From NCBI RefSeq assembly GCF_001447785.1, contig NW_015164664.1, positions 650,274 through 714,273 on the forward strand: DNA of 64,000 nt, given 5' to 3'. This DNA comes from Gekko japonicus. Lineage: Eukaryota. The notes beneath the pieces were generated by a model, which saw only the letters and a program-made list of their open reading frames with translations, was not told where the DNA came from and searched no databases. Made by a program: the position numbers and the translations under genes. Below, one piece after another: positions 37,740 through 64,000 of the stretch; the stretch's first letter is position 1, and the number at the start of each line of letters is the position of its first letter.

Positions 37740-39799
37740 GTAAGGCTGGGTTGGGTGGGTAACAGATCCCACCCCTTAGTGGTATCAGAGCAGCGGATGT
37801 GGGTTGAAGGCTACGGGCGGGGCGGCTGCTTGATTTTTAAAAATATGGCTTAATATAGGCGTACCCCAAAGTACTGAAGCAAATCTTGGTTCACGCATGC
37901 AGGGACTTGGAATGGAGGGAATTGAATGTCGGGGGAAAATAGAACGGACTGCTGGGGATGGTCACATTTCGGAACGGCTCCTGTGTATATTAACAAACGC
38001 CCTGCTTGCTTACTGTGCTGCCCAGATTACAAGGAATAGAACTTTTCTTTCTGTTGTGCTCATTTGCTATTTGTAGGGAATTTTTTGAGGAAAGAAGTGC
38101 TCAAAGCCAGGAATTCCCCACCTGCTGTTTAAAATGGTTTAGGCTGACCTACTGACTCAGCATTCTACCGCCTTGTTTTCCTACATACGTGAGCTCCACC
38201 TAATACCCGTTCTGTTTTTCTCTTGAGATATTTGGGGGTGGGGGAGAGAGAGAAAGCGGAGTAGCTGATCTTCTATCTGCTAGAGCTGCCAACTGACTAG
38301 AGTGGCCTGCTCCTGTGCCTTGAAGTGGAGTTGGATGTGCATGATGATTGCAGTTGGCTGCTTACTGAAGACTGCACTTGGAGGTGTAAGGGCACGAGAA
38401 AAAGCTACCTTCCTCCCACACTCTATGTCTTTGTTGATGCAGGGCTCTGCTTGGGTGTGAGGGCATCTTTCCATTGCTCTTCGCCTTAAGAAGGGGAATG
38501 AGTCCTGTGATTCCCTTCTTATGGGTATGTATTAGGGGGATGAGACCAGTGAAGGGCACCGGGCCTGGCTTGGATAGGCTGTATTTATTTTATTTATTTA
38601 TTTATAGTCAGATTTATACCCCGCCCTCCCAGCAAAGCAGGCTCAGGATTTGATAGTGCTCTGTGATCCTTCTGTAGTTGTATCCCTTGACTGTCTTTAA
38701 AGTATATCAAACTAAGTTGGTGACTGTTTCAAGCTTCTTTTCAGAGCCTGGGCCTTCTTGCATCCTTCTTTATTTACTTATCTAATTTCAGTCTGCATTT
38801 CTCACTGAGATGCAGCGGTATTACACAATCATTCTTAAGTGACTTCTCTGCCTTCAGGCAGATACAATTATCTTGAGGATTAGTGGAATCCTATACTGGC
38901 AACTCTTGCAAAATGCTGGTGCCATCAAATTATCTCTGGATTTAATTTTCAGTTGACAAAAGTTATAACCTCCATAGAGTTATTGCATGTCATGGAATTG
39001 ACAGCTCTCATACTTTGGCATCTTCTGTCGCATCTGGCACAGACCTTCTCTCACCCCGGTGGTTTATAAGTCGAGCTTTGGTAGACTGTTCCAATCTTCA
39101 CATTCTTCCAAAGTGATATGGAGGTCTGGCCCGTTCCGTGCATAGATTCTTGTAAAACAAGTAATTTTTATGTGGGGAGCAAAGTTAGTGACCATGGTCA
39201 GCAAAGGGACAATTTTGCTGATGGGTTTCTGTAAATCTGCAAAATATTGCAGCTACCTGTGTTTTCCAGGAGAGAGTATAATGCTGGTAAAGAGATGGTT
39301 TTGCACTAAAGCCTGCCTTGTAGGATTTGTCATTGTCTTTCCCTGTGGGTGTGGCAGCATTTGTTACAATAGAATTGCATGCCTGGAGGACAGGGTGTTT
39401 GGGATGCCAGGTGATCTGTTTCCAAGCCTTGTAACTTCAGTTGTTGACTTTAGTGAGCATGCTGACATTAGCAGGAAGACTTTTGTTTTGTTCTAAGCAG
39501 TTTTCTTACCAGAGTGTTTTGATCCTGAGTAGAGACTATGGTGCCTTACCTCCTCCCTCCGCTTTACTCTCTTTCCTCTGACAGGAAACAGAAAGCAAAG
39601 GTCTTTACTTTCAAGTGTAGTTTTCAAAATAACTGCTGCTATACATACAGCCTGCTGTTTTGGAGGGGTTTGGTTTGCACATTCTATGGGGTAATCCATT
39701 GGGATGATAGAGGTCAACCTGAGCTTTGTGAGCTGAATGCCACTTGCTGGGCAAAGTGAATAATGGGGTAAAGCTTGATTCAGGTCTGAATGTTGGCCT

Positions 39800-39971
39800 G
39801 AAGTAGCAGAACAAAGTTTGAGTCCAGTGGCACCTTTAAGACCAACAAAGTTTAATTCAAGGTGTGGACTTTCATGTGCATGGACATTTCTTCAGTCATC
39901 TGAAGAAGTGTGCTTGCACATGAAAGCTTATGCCTTGAACTAGACTTTGTTGGTCTTAAAGGTGCCACTGG
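39800..39971. mobile_element. Penelope-like foldback with hammerhead core (39897-39932, +)
   Basis: Arms 39824-39895 and 39900-39971 are imperfect reverse complements around a 4-nt spacer; CAT-CTGAAGA-A-GTGTGC-TT-GCACAT-GAAA-GCTT-ATG. Confidence 0.7.
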
Positions 39972-40339
39972 GGTAAAGCTTGTTATGCAGATCTATGCTT
40001 GCTTAAGACCCTACCCTGAAGGTAGGGTGGACTACCAAATTTTCCATCTCATGTCTGAAGCTGTTGATGCAAAGTTCAGTATATATGAAGTTAATAAGCA
40101 TATGGATCTGAGTGAGACCTTTGTTCCATTTTGACCTGTCTGTGACTGGCAGCAACTCTCCAGGATCTCCCACAGAGATAGATGTTTCTCAGCCCAGCTG
40201 CCTGAGGCCTTTTGACTGTAGATGATAGGATATAAAGTGGGGATCAGGCACAACCAGGCAGTGCTTATTCCCAAAGTCTTCTTGTAGCTTGCTGGTGGCT
40301 GCCTCTCCTCACTGACAAATACGTACCCTATAACAGCTA

Positions 40340-40510
40340 GATATGAGTCCAGTATCAATTTAGAGACCAATAAGATCTCCTGGGTATAAACATTTGAGAG
40401 TCAAAGCTGCTTTTGTCAGAGATACCCTGAAAATATTATTGGTCTCCAAGGTGCTGCAGGATTTGAACCTAGATGTTCCACTGTAGACCAACATGACTAC
40501 CTTCTGAAGC
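40340..40510. mobile_element. Penelope-like inverted remnant
   Basis: Similar to the copies at 1-175 and 29660-29790. Confidence 0.5.
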
Positions 40511-40564
40511 ATATCCAGTAAGGCACTTTTTTGGGTGCAGCAGCATTAATAGCTTCATTAAGTG

Positions 40565-40720
40565 TGTAAAGTGTTGTGAAGTTGCAAGTGACTTGTGATG
40601 ACCCGAGCAAGGGGCTTTCAAAGCAAGTGAGAAGCAAAAGTGGTTTGCTATTGCCTTCTTCTGCAGAGTCTGCCTTGGTGGTCTCCCTTCCAAGTGCCAA
40701 CCCTGCTTATCTTCTGAGGG
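40565..40720 (-). mobile_element. Degenerate 5S-derived SINE copy
   Basis: GTGGTTTGCTATTGCC...GGTGGTCTCCCTTCCAAGT...ACCCTGCTT matches the copies at 1525 and 7360. Confidence 0.5.
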
Positions 40721-40736
40721 CTGACAGATTGGGCTG

Positions 40737-40941
40737 TAATGTTCCCTCTAAGGTATGGAGTCCTGTGAGCAAAAATTCTACTTGGTGAGCGACTGGCATT
40801 AAAGTTGTGAGCAGATGATTTGGCTACTGCATAAATTAGTTTGCTCTGGAGCCATCCTTCCTGAGCTAAGACAAAAATGTGTGAGCCGAAGGCTAAAAAA
40901 CTGTGAGCTGGCTCACAGTAACTCAGCTTAGAGGGAACCCA
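40737..40941. mobile_element. hAT-type MITE (same family as 2410-2604, opposite orientation)
   Basis: Ends AATGTTCCCTCTAAG and CTTAGAGGGAAC; internal sequence homologous. Confidence 0.8.
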
Positions 40942-42469
40942 TGCCACCTTCCCTCCCCAGTTGGTTCATTACTTTTACCAAAATTTAATACTGTACAGAT
41001 TATCTCCAGCTAGTGCAAAGTACCCTGGCAAGATCCTGGGGAATTGCAGGACATAGTGGTGGAAATATAGAGTGGGAAAGATCTGAATATGGATGGCTAC
41101 TGTTGGGTGAATACAAAGCTCAAAGACCAAGATGACATGGTGTTGTCCAAGAAAGATGTTAATAGATTGAGTTGACCGGTGCTCAGTGAAGGAGGAGATT
41201 TGACACAAAGAGCAATTAGCTTGGTAGGTTGCTCTTTGGAGAGTTATCTTGCTAATACATGTTTTAGGAGGTGCAGTTGTTAATTTCCTGGAGTGGGCAA
41301 TGTACTCTTCTTGGCTAGTTTCTTGCTCAGCAAGAAACTGTATCTTGGGAGCAAACCATCGCCTTGTCAAGAAAGACGCTGACAAGTTGCTTCTTGTTTG
41401 GGCTAGGTTGGAAGTTCCAATCTGAAAGCATGTAACACCTGGCTTGGTATTTACAGGTGAAATCCAGCCCTATAAAGTCCATTTTGGAGGTATTTGGAGC
41501 TGCATTACAGGAGATTGGAAGTGCTGTAGGCCAGTCTAATTATGTTGGTGAATCTAAAACTTCTCCCAGTAACTGCCTTGAGTTTTTCTTCATTTCTGGA
41601 CTTTAATATGAACTGTTTCTGTTGCAGGAATTAATGGGGTTTGAGCTGCCTGTCCTGTTGTTGTTGTTGAGAATAATCTGTTCTTGACCTCTTTCTAACA
41701 GTTCTTTGTATATATTCATAGAAGGCTGCCATGTCCCTGGTGGTAGCTCAGAAAGAAAGTGAACTAAATGTTCATTACAGGTGCCACATTCTAAGTGCTT
41801 GCTGGTCTTGGAATACTGGAATAGACCTGAGATGGGAGTTACTAATTGTGATGGAACAGCCTGACTCTGGTTGATACCAAACAGAATAGAATGCTTCCTC
41901 TTGCTTTGAACTGTTAGAATCTCTTATAGAGACTCAAAGATAGGGCTGGCCCCCCAAGAATCTTACAGAAATCTTTGTTGTAGAGTTAGAGGCTGTTCCT
42001 TTTGCTGCTTAGTTCAGAAGTTGAGCTTGATTATCAGCAATACTTTTTCTAGCAGCAAAGTCAGATGCTGAAATAATATGGGTAGGTACTGAGCTCTGAG
42101 GTTTTCTGAAGGCAATAAACAAATCCAGAGTATATTGTTCAGAAGCAGGCTAAATATTGAGGCAGATTTCAGCCCTACAAGTTGTGATTTTAAACATGAT
42201 TGCCTGTTAACAGTGTTCAGAAAAGGTCATGGCTTTGGATTAATCTACAGGAATTGCCCATAGCTCATTCCTTGCTGGCCTGTCAGACTTCCTTTTGTAA
42301 CCTCTGAAATAAGAGCGTATGGATATTAATGTTTCCTTATGTATGTATTCTGTAAGATCCAGGTAACTCTTCCAACAACATTGGTAAAACTGCTTTTTCT
42401 TTTTTATTTCTTGGACTCCTCTGACTTTTCCTTTTCTTTGTGCAGGACTTTTCCCTTCAGGGCAAAACA

Positions 42470-43045
42470 ATGCAGACGATAAAGTGTGTGGTTGTTGGAG
42501 ATGGTGCTGTGGGAAAGACCTGCTTGCTCATCAGTTACACCACCAATGCATTCCCTGAGGAATACATCCCCACAGTGTTTGACAACTACAGTGCTCAGAT
42601 GACAATGGACAGCAGAATGGTTAGCCTGAATCTCTGGGACACTGCAGGCCAGGAGGAGTATGACCGGCTGCGCACCCTCTCCTACCCTCAGACCAATGTG
42701 TTTGTCATCTGCTTTTCCATTGGGAGCCCTTCTTCATTTGCCAATGTGCGGCACAAGTGGCACCCTGAAGTCTCTCACCACTGCCCTAATGTGCCAATCC
42801 TTCTCGTTGGCACCAAGCGGGACTTGAGAAGTAATGTGGAGATGGTGAAAAAGCTGAAGGAGCAGAGCCTGGCTCCCACCACCCCGCAGCAGGGGGTTTC
42901 ACTGGCCAAACAGATTGGAGCAGTCAAATACTTAGAGTGCTCTGCACTGAACCAGGAGGGGGTGCGAGAAGTGTTTGCAGAAGCTGTGCGGGCAGTGTTG
43001 TATCCTGTGACAAAGAAGAACTCAAAGAAGTGCCTTTTGTTGTAG
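42470..43045 (+). CDS. RhoG-like small GTPase (RhoG paralog), 191 aa, single coding exon
   Basis: G1 GDGAVGKT, switch [11 protein letters not shown]3 [14 protein letters not shown]4 TKRD, G5 CSAL, polybasic tail and CAAX CLLL. RhoG-type segments [33 protein letters not shown]. Confidence 0.93.
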   Translation: MQTIKCVVVGDGAVGKTCLLISYTTNAFPEEYIPTVFDNYSAQMTMDSRMVSLNLWDTAGQEEYDRLRTLSYPQTNVFVICFSIGSPSSFANVRHKWHPEVSHHCPNVPILLVGTKRDLRSNVEMVKKLKEQSLAPTTPQQGVSLAKQIGAVKYLECSALNQEGVREVFAEAVRAVLYPVTKKNSKKCLLL

Positions 43046-44089
43046 TCACCAAGGACTGTGACTCAAAGACTGAGGGCTTGGGATGTTTGTGAGGTTCCTT
43101 CTGAATCTAATTGCATCTTGCACTAATGGCTCTAAAGAGAATTTCTTGCAGCAAATACTCCTGCAGTTCAGGTACCAGGTCCGGCAGACTGAAATGAGCA
43201 GTTTGATTCCAGGGTTAAGGATCAGCCTCTCCAGCAAATTTCCAGTGCCTCTGCCTACATAGTTCTCATTCTACAGCTGGGAGACATCTTCATAGCGAAA
43301 CCCCTTCTTCACACCAGAAACTGAATAGTCGTCCTTGACAGAGACAGTGATCAGTTTCGGGGGTTTTTTACGTTGCTGCTTTCCCCTGGCCATTAGTCGC
43401 CAGTCAGCTGTCTTTTGTAGACAGGGCTGTGTCTTTCCCATAACCGTACTCCAACATCTTAGGAGTTTGAAGTATCTCTGCTGTGGCGCATGAGTCCTGG
43501 TATGCTGAAGTCTAATCATGATCCAGAAAAGTTCAATGTTAAAACCATCTGTGATAATAGACATCAGACATTGAGGGATAAGCAGCTCATAAAGAGGGTT
43601 GTTTAATAATATCAACCAAGCATTGTCTCTCTTTGTGGCGTTTGTTGCATCTTAGTGGAATAGATCTGAGATTGGCAGTTCTTGTGTGTGACTTTCCTTT
43701 TGGAGGCTGTCCCTGAGCCATATCAGTAATTGAAAACTGTTCCTTACAGCCTTTCAGATAAAGCTTTTTGTGGAGCAGAATACAATTTCCTTTCTCAGTT
43801 ATTGCAAGATCATACTCCTGTGCCATCTGCTCTAGGAAGCAGCCCCAATTGCATCCCTGCTTGGTCACTAGCCCCCTCAGTAAAAACAGCATGCCTGTCC
43901 CATTGGAGACCACAAGTAATCATGCATTTAATAGTACCTGGCACTGCTGGATATTTACAGTACCCAGCTTCACTACAGGTGCTCTTAAACTTTTATGTTC
44001 TTTAAGTATCTTAGTAATCTGTCTGCATCAGCAGTTCTTGTATGTAGCTTCAGTGGCAGCAATCAGCCTGCTGTGTAGGAGTAAATCAA

Positions 44090-44095
44090 AATAAA
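44090..44095 (+). terminator. Probable polyA signal of the RhoG-like gene
   Basis: AATAAA about 1045 nt after the stop codon. Confidence 0.5.
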
Positions 44096-45990
44096 AATAT
44101 GCCCTGGATTGTTCATTCTCTCTCCCTCCCTTCCCCTCCATCTGACCAACGATTCTGCAAACAGCAAAATTTCTGTGTCTGCTCATTGATTTTTTTTTCT
44201 TCTGCTGGTAGGGGTTAGTAACTTCTTGCCAAATAGGACTTGTCTTGTAAATGGTATTAAAAAGGCTGCACTGGTTTGTTACTATGGTTTTAAATGTCCC
44301 TTGAACTTCGGTAACCTACAGAGATGCATATATTACATACGTATATGCCTGGTTTAACTTTGACTGAAATATTAACTTTCCCTTCTTGAAAAATAATTAT
44401 GCAAATGTGTGTTTCATGACTCTGTATTTTTCATCATTGATTTCATCTAGTGGCATTAAGACCAAGTTTGAAACCTGCAGTTGAGTTAAGATTTTGATGA
44501 TAGCCTGATGCTTCGCACTTTTTTTTTTCTGGCCAAGGACAGCTTGCTTAATTGAACAAATGTGTTAACGGCTGTTCTTGAGGAAGTATTATGAGCATCA
44601 CTTTTGTGGTGCAACCCATGGGGAAAAGAACTGTTAAAAAATAGAGTGCCACTGCTTTGTAGCTGATTCTGCCATGCAATTAGCCTTGTGAAATAGTGAT
44701 TCCAGCTGCAGCCCCTATATCTGTTGGTGGAGTGCAAAATCTGAGTTTGTCAGAATGTGGCACTTTGGAATTCTGCTACTTGTGATCTGTTCTTCCTGTA
44801 TAGGTGCCGATCAGGTGGGTAATGATGTTGGCTCAATAACTTGTGCAAATCCAGCATCTTTCTCATTGTTGTTGAACAAAATTTGCAGTTCTGTGATTTG
44901 ATGCCAACTCCACCAGAATTTCTATAAATTAAATGTTATCCCCACCCACTCCTGCTTGAGTTCTCTGCCCTTGATCTAACCATTCTCAGGGTACACAGTG
45001 GAGGAAAATACTGTTTTTGATGACTAGAGAATGCAGCTACTGACAGTTTGCTCTCACCAGTTTTTACTTAATTATTTTTTAATCTATCATATGAATCATT
45101 CCTGTTTTTATTAGGCTGTGGTACTCTGAGCCCCAGAAGTGCTACAGGCTAAACTTTGTAGGCCACTAGCTTTCGATATTCGGCTTAGTGTAGAAATTAT
45201 GGGCCTTAAAACCTTGCAAAGCCTTTATTTTTTGCCTTGTAGAAATAAATTTTGGTGCTGCAGGTGCTGGGGGCGGGTGGGATATTTTTTCCTGGTTGAG
45301 TTGTTAAGTAGGGGAAGGTTGGGCCACATGTGCCTTAATGTGTGAAGGGAACTTGAGACTGTGTGGTACTGAAACATACACTGGCAACTGATTTTATAGG
45401 TAAAAACAAATTTGTATGGCAACTAACAAAGTTATTTTTAAATTATGCAGAATTAAATTGTAATAAAGAAAAAAACAAAGACAATGCTTTAATTTCTTAT
45501 GTTTTATTGTATGGCCTTTCAAGAGTCCTTTTACAAAGAGGGGAATGGGCCCCTTTAGAGCATGGGAAGCAGCAGTCCGTCCATACAACTCTTTTTCATC
45601 TCCCCCACTTTCTTGCTTCTCTCTCCCCATTTCCTCACCACAAACTGGTGATTTCACAGACTTGATTATGCATCTAAATGGAAAGAAGGGATAACACGCT
45701 GGTGCCTGGCAGGGGAGAGTAGGCTAGAGGGTGGGAGTGGGATGCCTCTTCCAGACCCCCTTCCGTTAAAAACTGCTCCTTGGGGTACCCTCATGGAATA
45801 TGCTAAAAGAATTTTCACTGGACGCAAAAAGAAGGCCCACAACATAACGGGGGGTGGGGATGCGGGTATTTGCCTTCCTAGTCTCCGCAGCTTTTATGTC
45901 TTATCACTCCACCCTTTGCTCTGTTGCGACTGGCCTGCATTTAAAGGACCGGTGTGTGTGTGTGTGTGGTTATTTTTTCCGCCAGCGTAG

Positions 45991-46204
45991 CACTCACTGG
46001 AGAAGACCCTGATGCTGGGAAAGATTGAAGGTCAAAGAAGACGGGGACGGCAAAGGATGAGATGGTTGGACAGTGTCAGCGACGCAACGAACATGAAATT
46101 GAGCCAACTTCAGAGGACGGCGGAAGACAGGAGGGCCTGGCGGGAGCTGGTCCATGGGGTCGCGAAGAGTCGGACTCGACTGTGCGACTAAACAACAACA
46201 ACAA
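45991..46204 (+). mobile_element. RTE/BovB LINE 3' end
   Basis: Encodes HSLEKTLMLGKIEGQRRRGRQRMRWLDSV (BovB C-terminus); GTCCATGGGGTCGCGAAGAGTCGGACTCGACT; (AAC)n tail. Confidence 0.88.
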
Positions 46205-46379
46205 AGCCCGAACTGCTCTTCCGGGCCTCCGTGGAAAGCCTCCCAGGGGCGGAGTGGGTGGTGTGTGTGTTAGAAGACCTGTAATTTTACTGCCCCTTTA
46301 AAGATAGCGGAATGTTCTCCTTAGGCCAACAGAAGCCTGGTGTGCTACTCTTTCCTTTGTGGAAATCACACGTGTAGTA

Positions 46380-46647
46380 CCCGGGGGGGGGGGGGCTTAT
46401 AAAGGAAACCAAGGCGGGCCCCGCTAGCTCCCGCAGAACAGCGGCGGCCAGTTCTTATCAAAAACGGCAGAAGGGAGTACTCCTGAGGCCCGTACCCAGC
46501 CGCAACTAGCGGCGCCTGTGACGTTACTTCCGTTTCCCGTCCCTTGTTCTGGTTACTTTCTATGGTTGCTGCCAAAGACCCTTACTTCCGCTTCCGGTAT
46601 AAACACAGGGTGGTAGCTGACCTGGGCCGCCCGGGTCCGGGTTGAGG
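46380..46647 (+). promoter_or_regulatory. TAF1: TAF1 CpG-island promoter
   Basis: CpG-rich. CRE-like TGACGTTA 46519-46526 overlapping ETS ACTTCCG; tandem ETS/GABP ACTTCCGCTTCCGGT 46584-46598. Confidence 0.7.
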
Positions 46648-61961
<15,314 letters not shown>

Positions 61962-62154
61962 TGAGTTCTGATCTTTAAGTTCCTGATCCTTCTAGCCACA
62001 ATGTTTGGGTTTTGTAACCCGTGAATGGCTCCATAGACCTAGGGGACACCTTCCTGTTTGTCCAGTATTGGTCACTCACCAACCATGACCACTTTCTGCC
62101 ACTCAGGGTGTGTTGGAAGATCACTTTGATACCTTCTCCATAGCTGTACAATTT

Positions 62155-62220
62155 ATAGAATCATCGAGTTGGGAGGTACCTCCAGGGTCATCTAGTCCAA
62201 CCCCCTGTACAATGCAGGAA
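62155..62220 (-). mobile_element. CR1 3' tail fragment
   Basis: ATAGAATCAT...AGGGTCATCTAGTCCAACCCCCTG is the reverse of a CR1-type 3' end. Confidence 0.6.
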
Positions 62221-62469
62221 ATTCACGAACACTTCCCCCTCCACACCTGCAATTACCGCTCCCACTCCCACTGAAGACCTTTGGAAGTCCAAATGTGGAT
62301 GTATTTTCTAGAAGCTATTTAAGATGTTTTAGGTAATAGGAAAAAGCAAATGCTAGAATATGGTAGGGAAGTAGATGATGGGATTGTTTTTATCATGTAT
62401 ATGCATTCTTGTTTTGGTTTTAAATAACTTGCACTGAACCCAGGGAAGCTTAGGAAAAGCTGCATTAAT

Positions 62470-63639
62470 GATCCTACAGTAAGGGGACCTTTGGAGGCAC
62501 CTGGATCAGGGTGGATTGGTAGTGTTGCTGTTGGACCTGTCAGCGGCATTTGACACGGTCAACCACCAACTACTGATCCACCACCTCGCCCATGTTGGGA
62601 TTCAGGGTCTGCCTTGCAGTGGCTCTCCTCATTCCTACAAGGTTGGTGACAAAGGGTGGCACTAGGGGAACAGCTGTCCCAAAGGCACCCGCTAGTCTGT
62701 GGAGTGCCACAAGGGGCGGTACTTTCCCAGATGCTCTTTAACATCTATATGCGCCCTCTTGCCCAGATTGCCCAGAGGCATGGATTGGGTTGTCACCAAT
62801 ATGCAGATGACACCCAGCTCTAGCTGTTGTTGGGCGGCCAGTCAGACTCTAACCCGGGAGATCTGGACCTGGCGTTGCAGGCCGTGGTTGGCTGGCTTAG
62901 ACTGAGCTGACTGAAATTGAATATGACGAAGACGGAGGTCCTGTGCCTAAGTTGGGGCGAGCCAGGGTTAGGGATTCCACTCCCATCCTTTGATGGGGCA
63001 CCACTCATGCCAGCGTCGGAGATAAGGAGCATGGGAGTGCTCCTGGATGCTTCTCTAACGATGGAGGCCCAGGTAGCAGCCACTGCTAAGTCAGCCTTTT
63101 ACCATTTTCGGCTGATAAGGCAGTTGGTTCCCTTCCTCGAACACAATGACTTGGCGGCAGTGATCCATGCTATGGTCACCTCGAGATTAGATTACTGCAA
63201 CACTCTCTACATGGGGCTGCCCTTGACCCAAATCCGGAAGCTTCAGCTGGTGCAGAATGCAGCGGCCAGACTGTTGATGGGACTCCCCATGCGAGAGCAC
63301 ATCCAGCTTGCACTGAAAGCACTGCACTGGCTACCTATAGCGTACCGAATTCGCTTCAAGGTGCTGGTGCTTATCTTTAAAGCCCTTTATGGTCAGGGAC
63401 CTACCTACCTACCTGAGGGACCGCCTTTCCCCACATGTTCCCCAGAGAGCACTATGGTCAGGGTTGCAAAATCGTCTGGCCCTAAGGATGCCAGGCTGAC
63501 ATTGACCAGGACCAGGGCTTTTTCTGTGGCAGCTCCAACTGGGTGGAATGAGCTTCCAGAAGAGATCAGGGCTCTGTGGGACCTTTCACAGTTCTGCAGG
63601 GCCGCAAAAAGGGAGCTCTTCCGCCAAGCATTTATGTAA
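62470..63639 (+). mobile_element. L2-clade LINE, degenerate RT domain and C-terminus
   Basis: LLDLSAAFDTVNH, CGVPQGAVL, QYADDTQL*, SRLDYCN, KLQLVQNAAARLL, RAFSVAAP; internal stops. Confidence 0.9.
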
Positions 63640-64000
63640 GGAGCTGCATTTCACCATCTATGCCCTGTGCCAATATTATTTCCAGCTGGAGCCCGCCGAC
63701 TGTGGAACTTATCACTGAGTGTATGTGTCCATATGCACTTTATCACAGCTGTACCGCCATTGTTTTTTTCCCCCCTATGAATTTTTTTTATTTAAAAAAA
63801 TGAAAAATTTACATTAAAATTAACATCAACAATCCCCCGGGTTCCCCTCGCACCCCCCCATAATTAAAAAAAAAGTTCATATAAACTACTTTATAAAACA
63901 ACAAGGATCTAACTCAATAAATTACTATAACTACACTCCACAGAACAGACTGTAGACCTAACATGAGGCTAATCAGAGATTTATCAAGTCCAGTACCGCC

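Noticed and set aside
42440-42469. N-terminal extension of the RhoG-like ORF
   Set aside because: It starts at a non-ATG codon within the splice-acceptor tract; homology begins at ATG 42470.
62917-63639. 240-aa ORF in a TAF1 intron
   Set aside because: L2 ORF2 remnant with upstream stops.

Overview
Eukaryotic, intron-rich vertebrate DNA. The repeats (Sauria-type SINE, BovB/RTE tail, CR1 and L2 LINEs, Penelope-like remnants) point to a squamate reptile, probably a lizard such as a gecko (inference). Five protein-coding genes lie on the + strand: NONO (complete, 468 aa), an intact SLC25A15/ORC1-like ornithine carrier paralog (309 aa), ITGB1BP2/melusin (373 aa), a RhoG-like GTPase with an intronless CDS (191 aa), and the first 22 coding exons of TAF1. 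This is the block syntenic with human Xq13.1. I walked exon boundaries by hand and checked phases. Highlights: (1) Penelope-type inverted repeats carrying minimal hammerhead ribozyme cores in the introns of four genes; (2) two intact paralogs (SLC25A15-like, RhoG-like) that I do not recall as functional genes at the human locus; (3) an extra 117-nt TAF1 exon and two frame-breaking TAF1 lesions, probably assembly errors; (4) a solo LTR, hAT MITEs with target-site duplications, 5S-derived SINEs, and a BovB tail beside the TAF1 promoter. Comparisons with human proteins are from memory, not from a database search.
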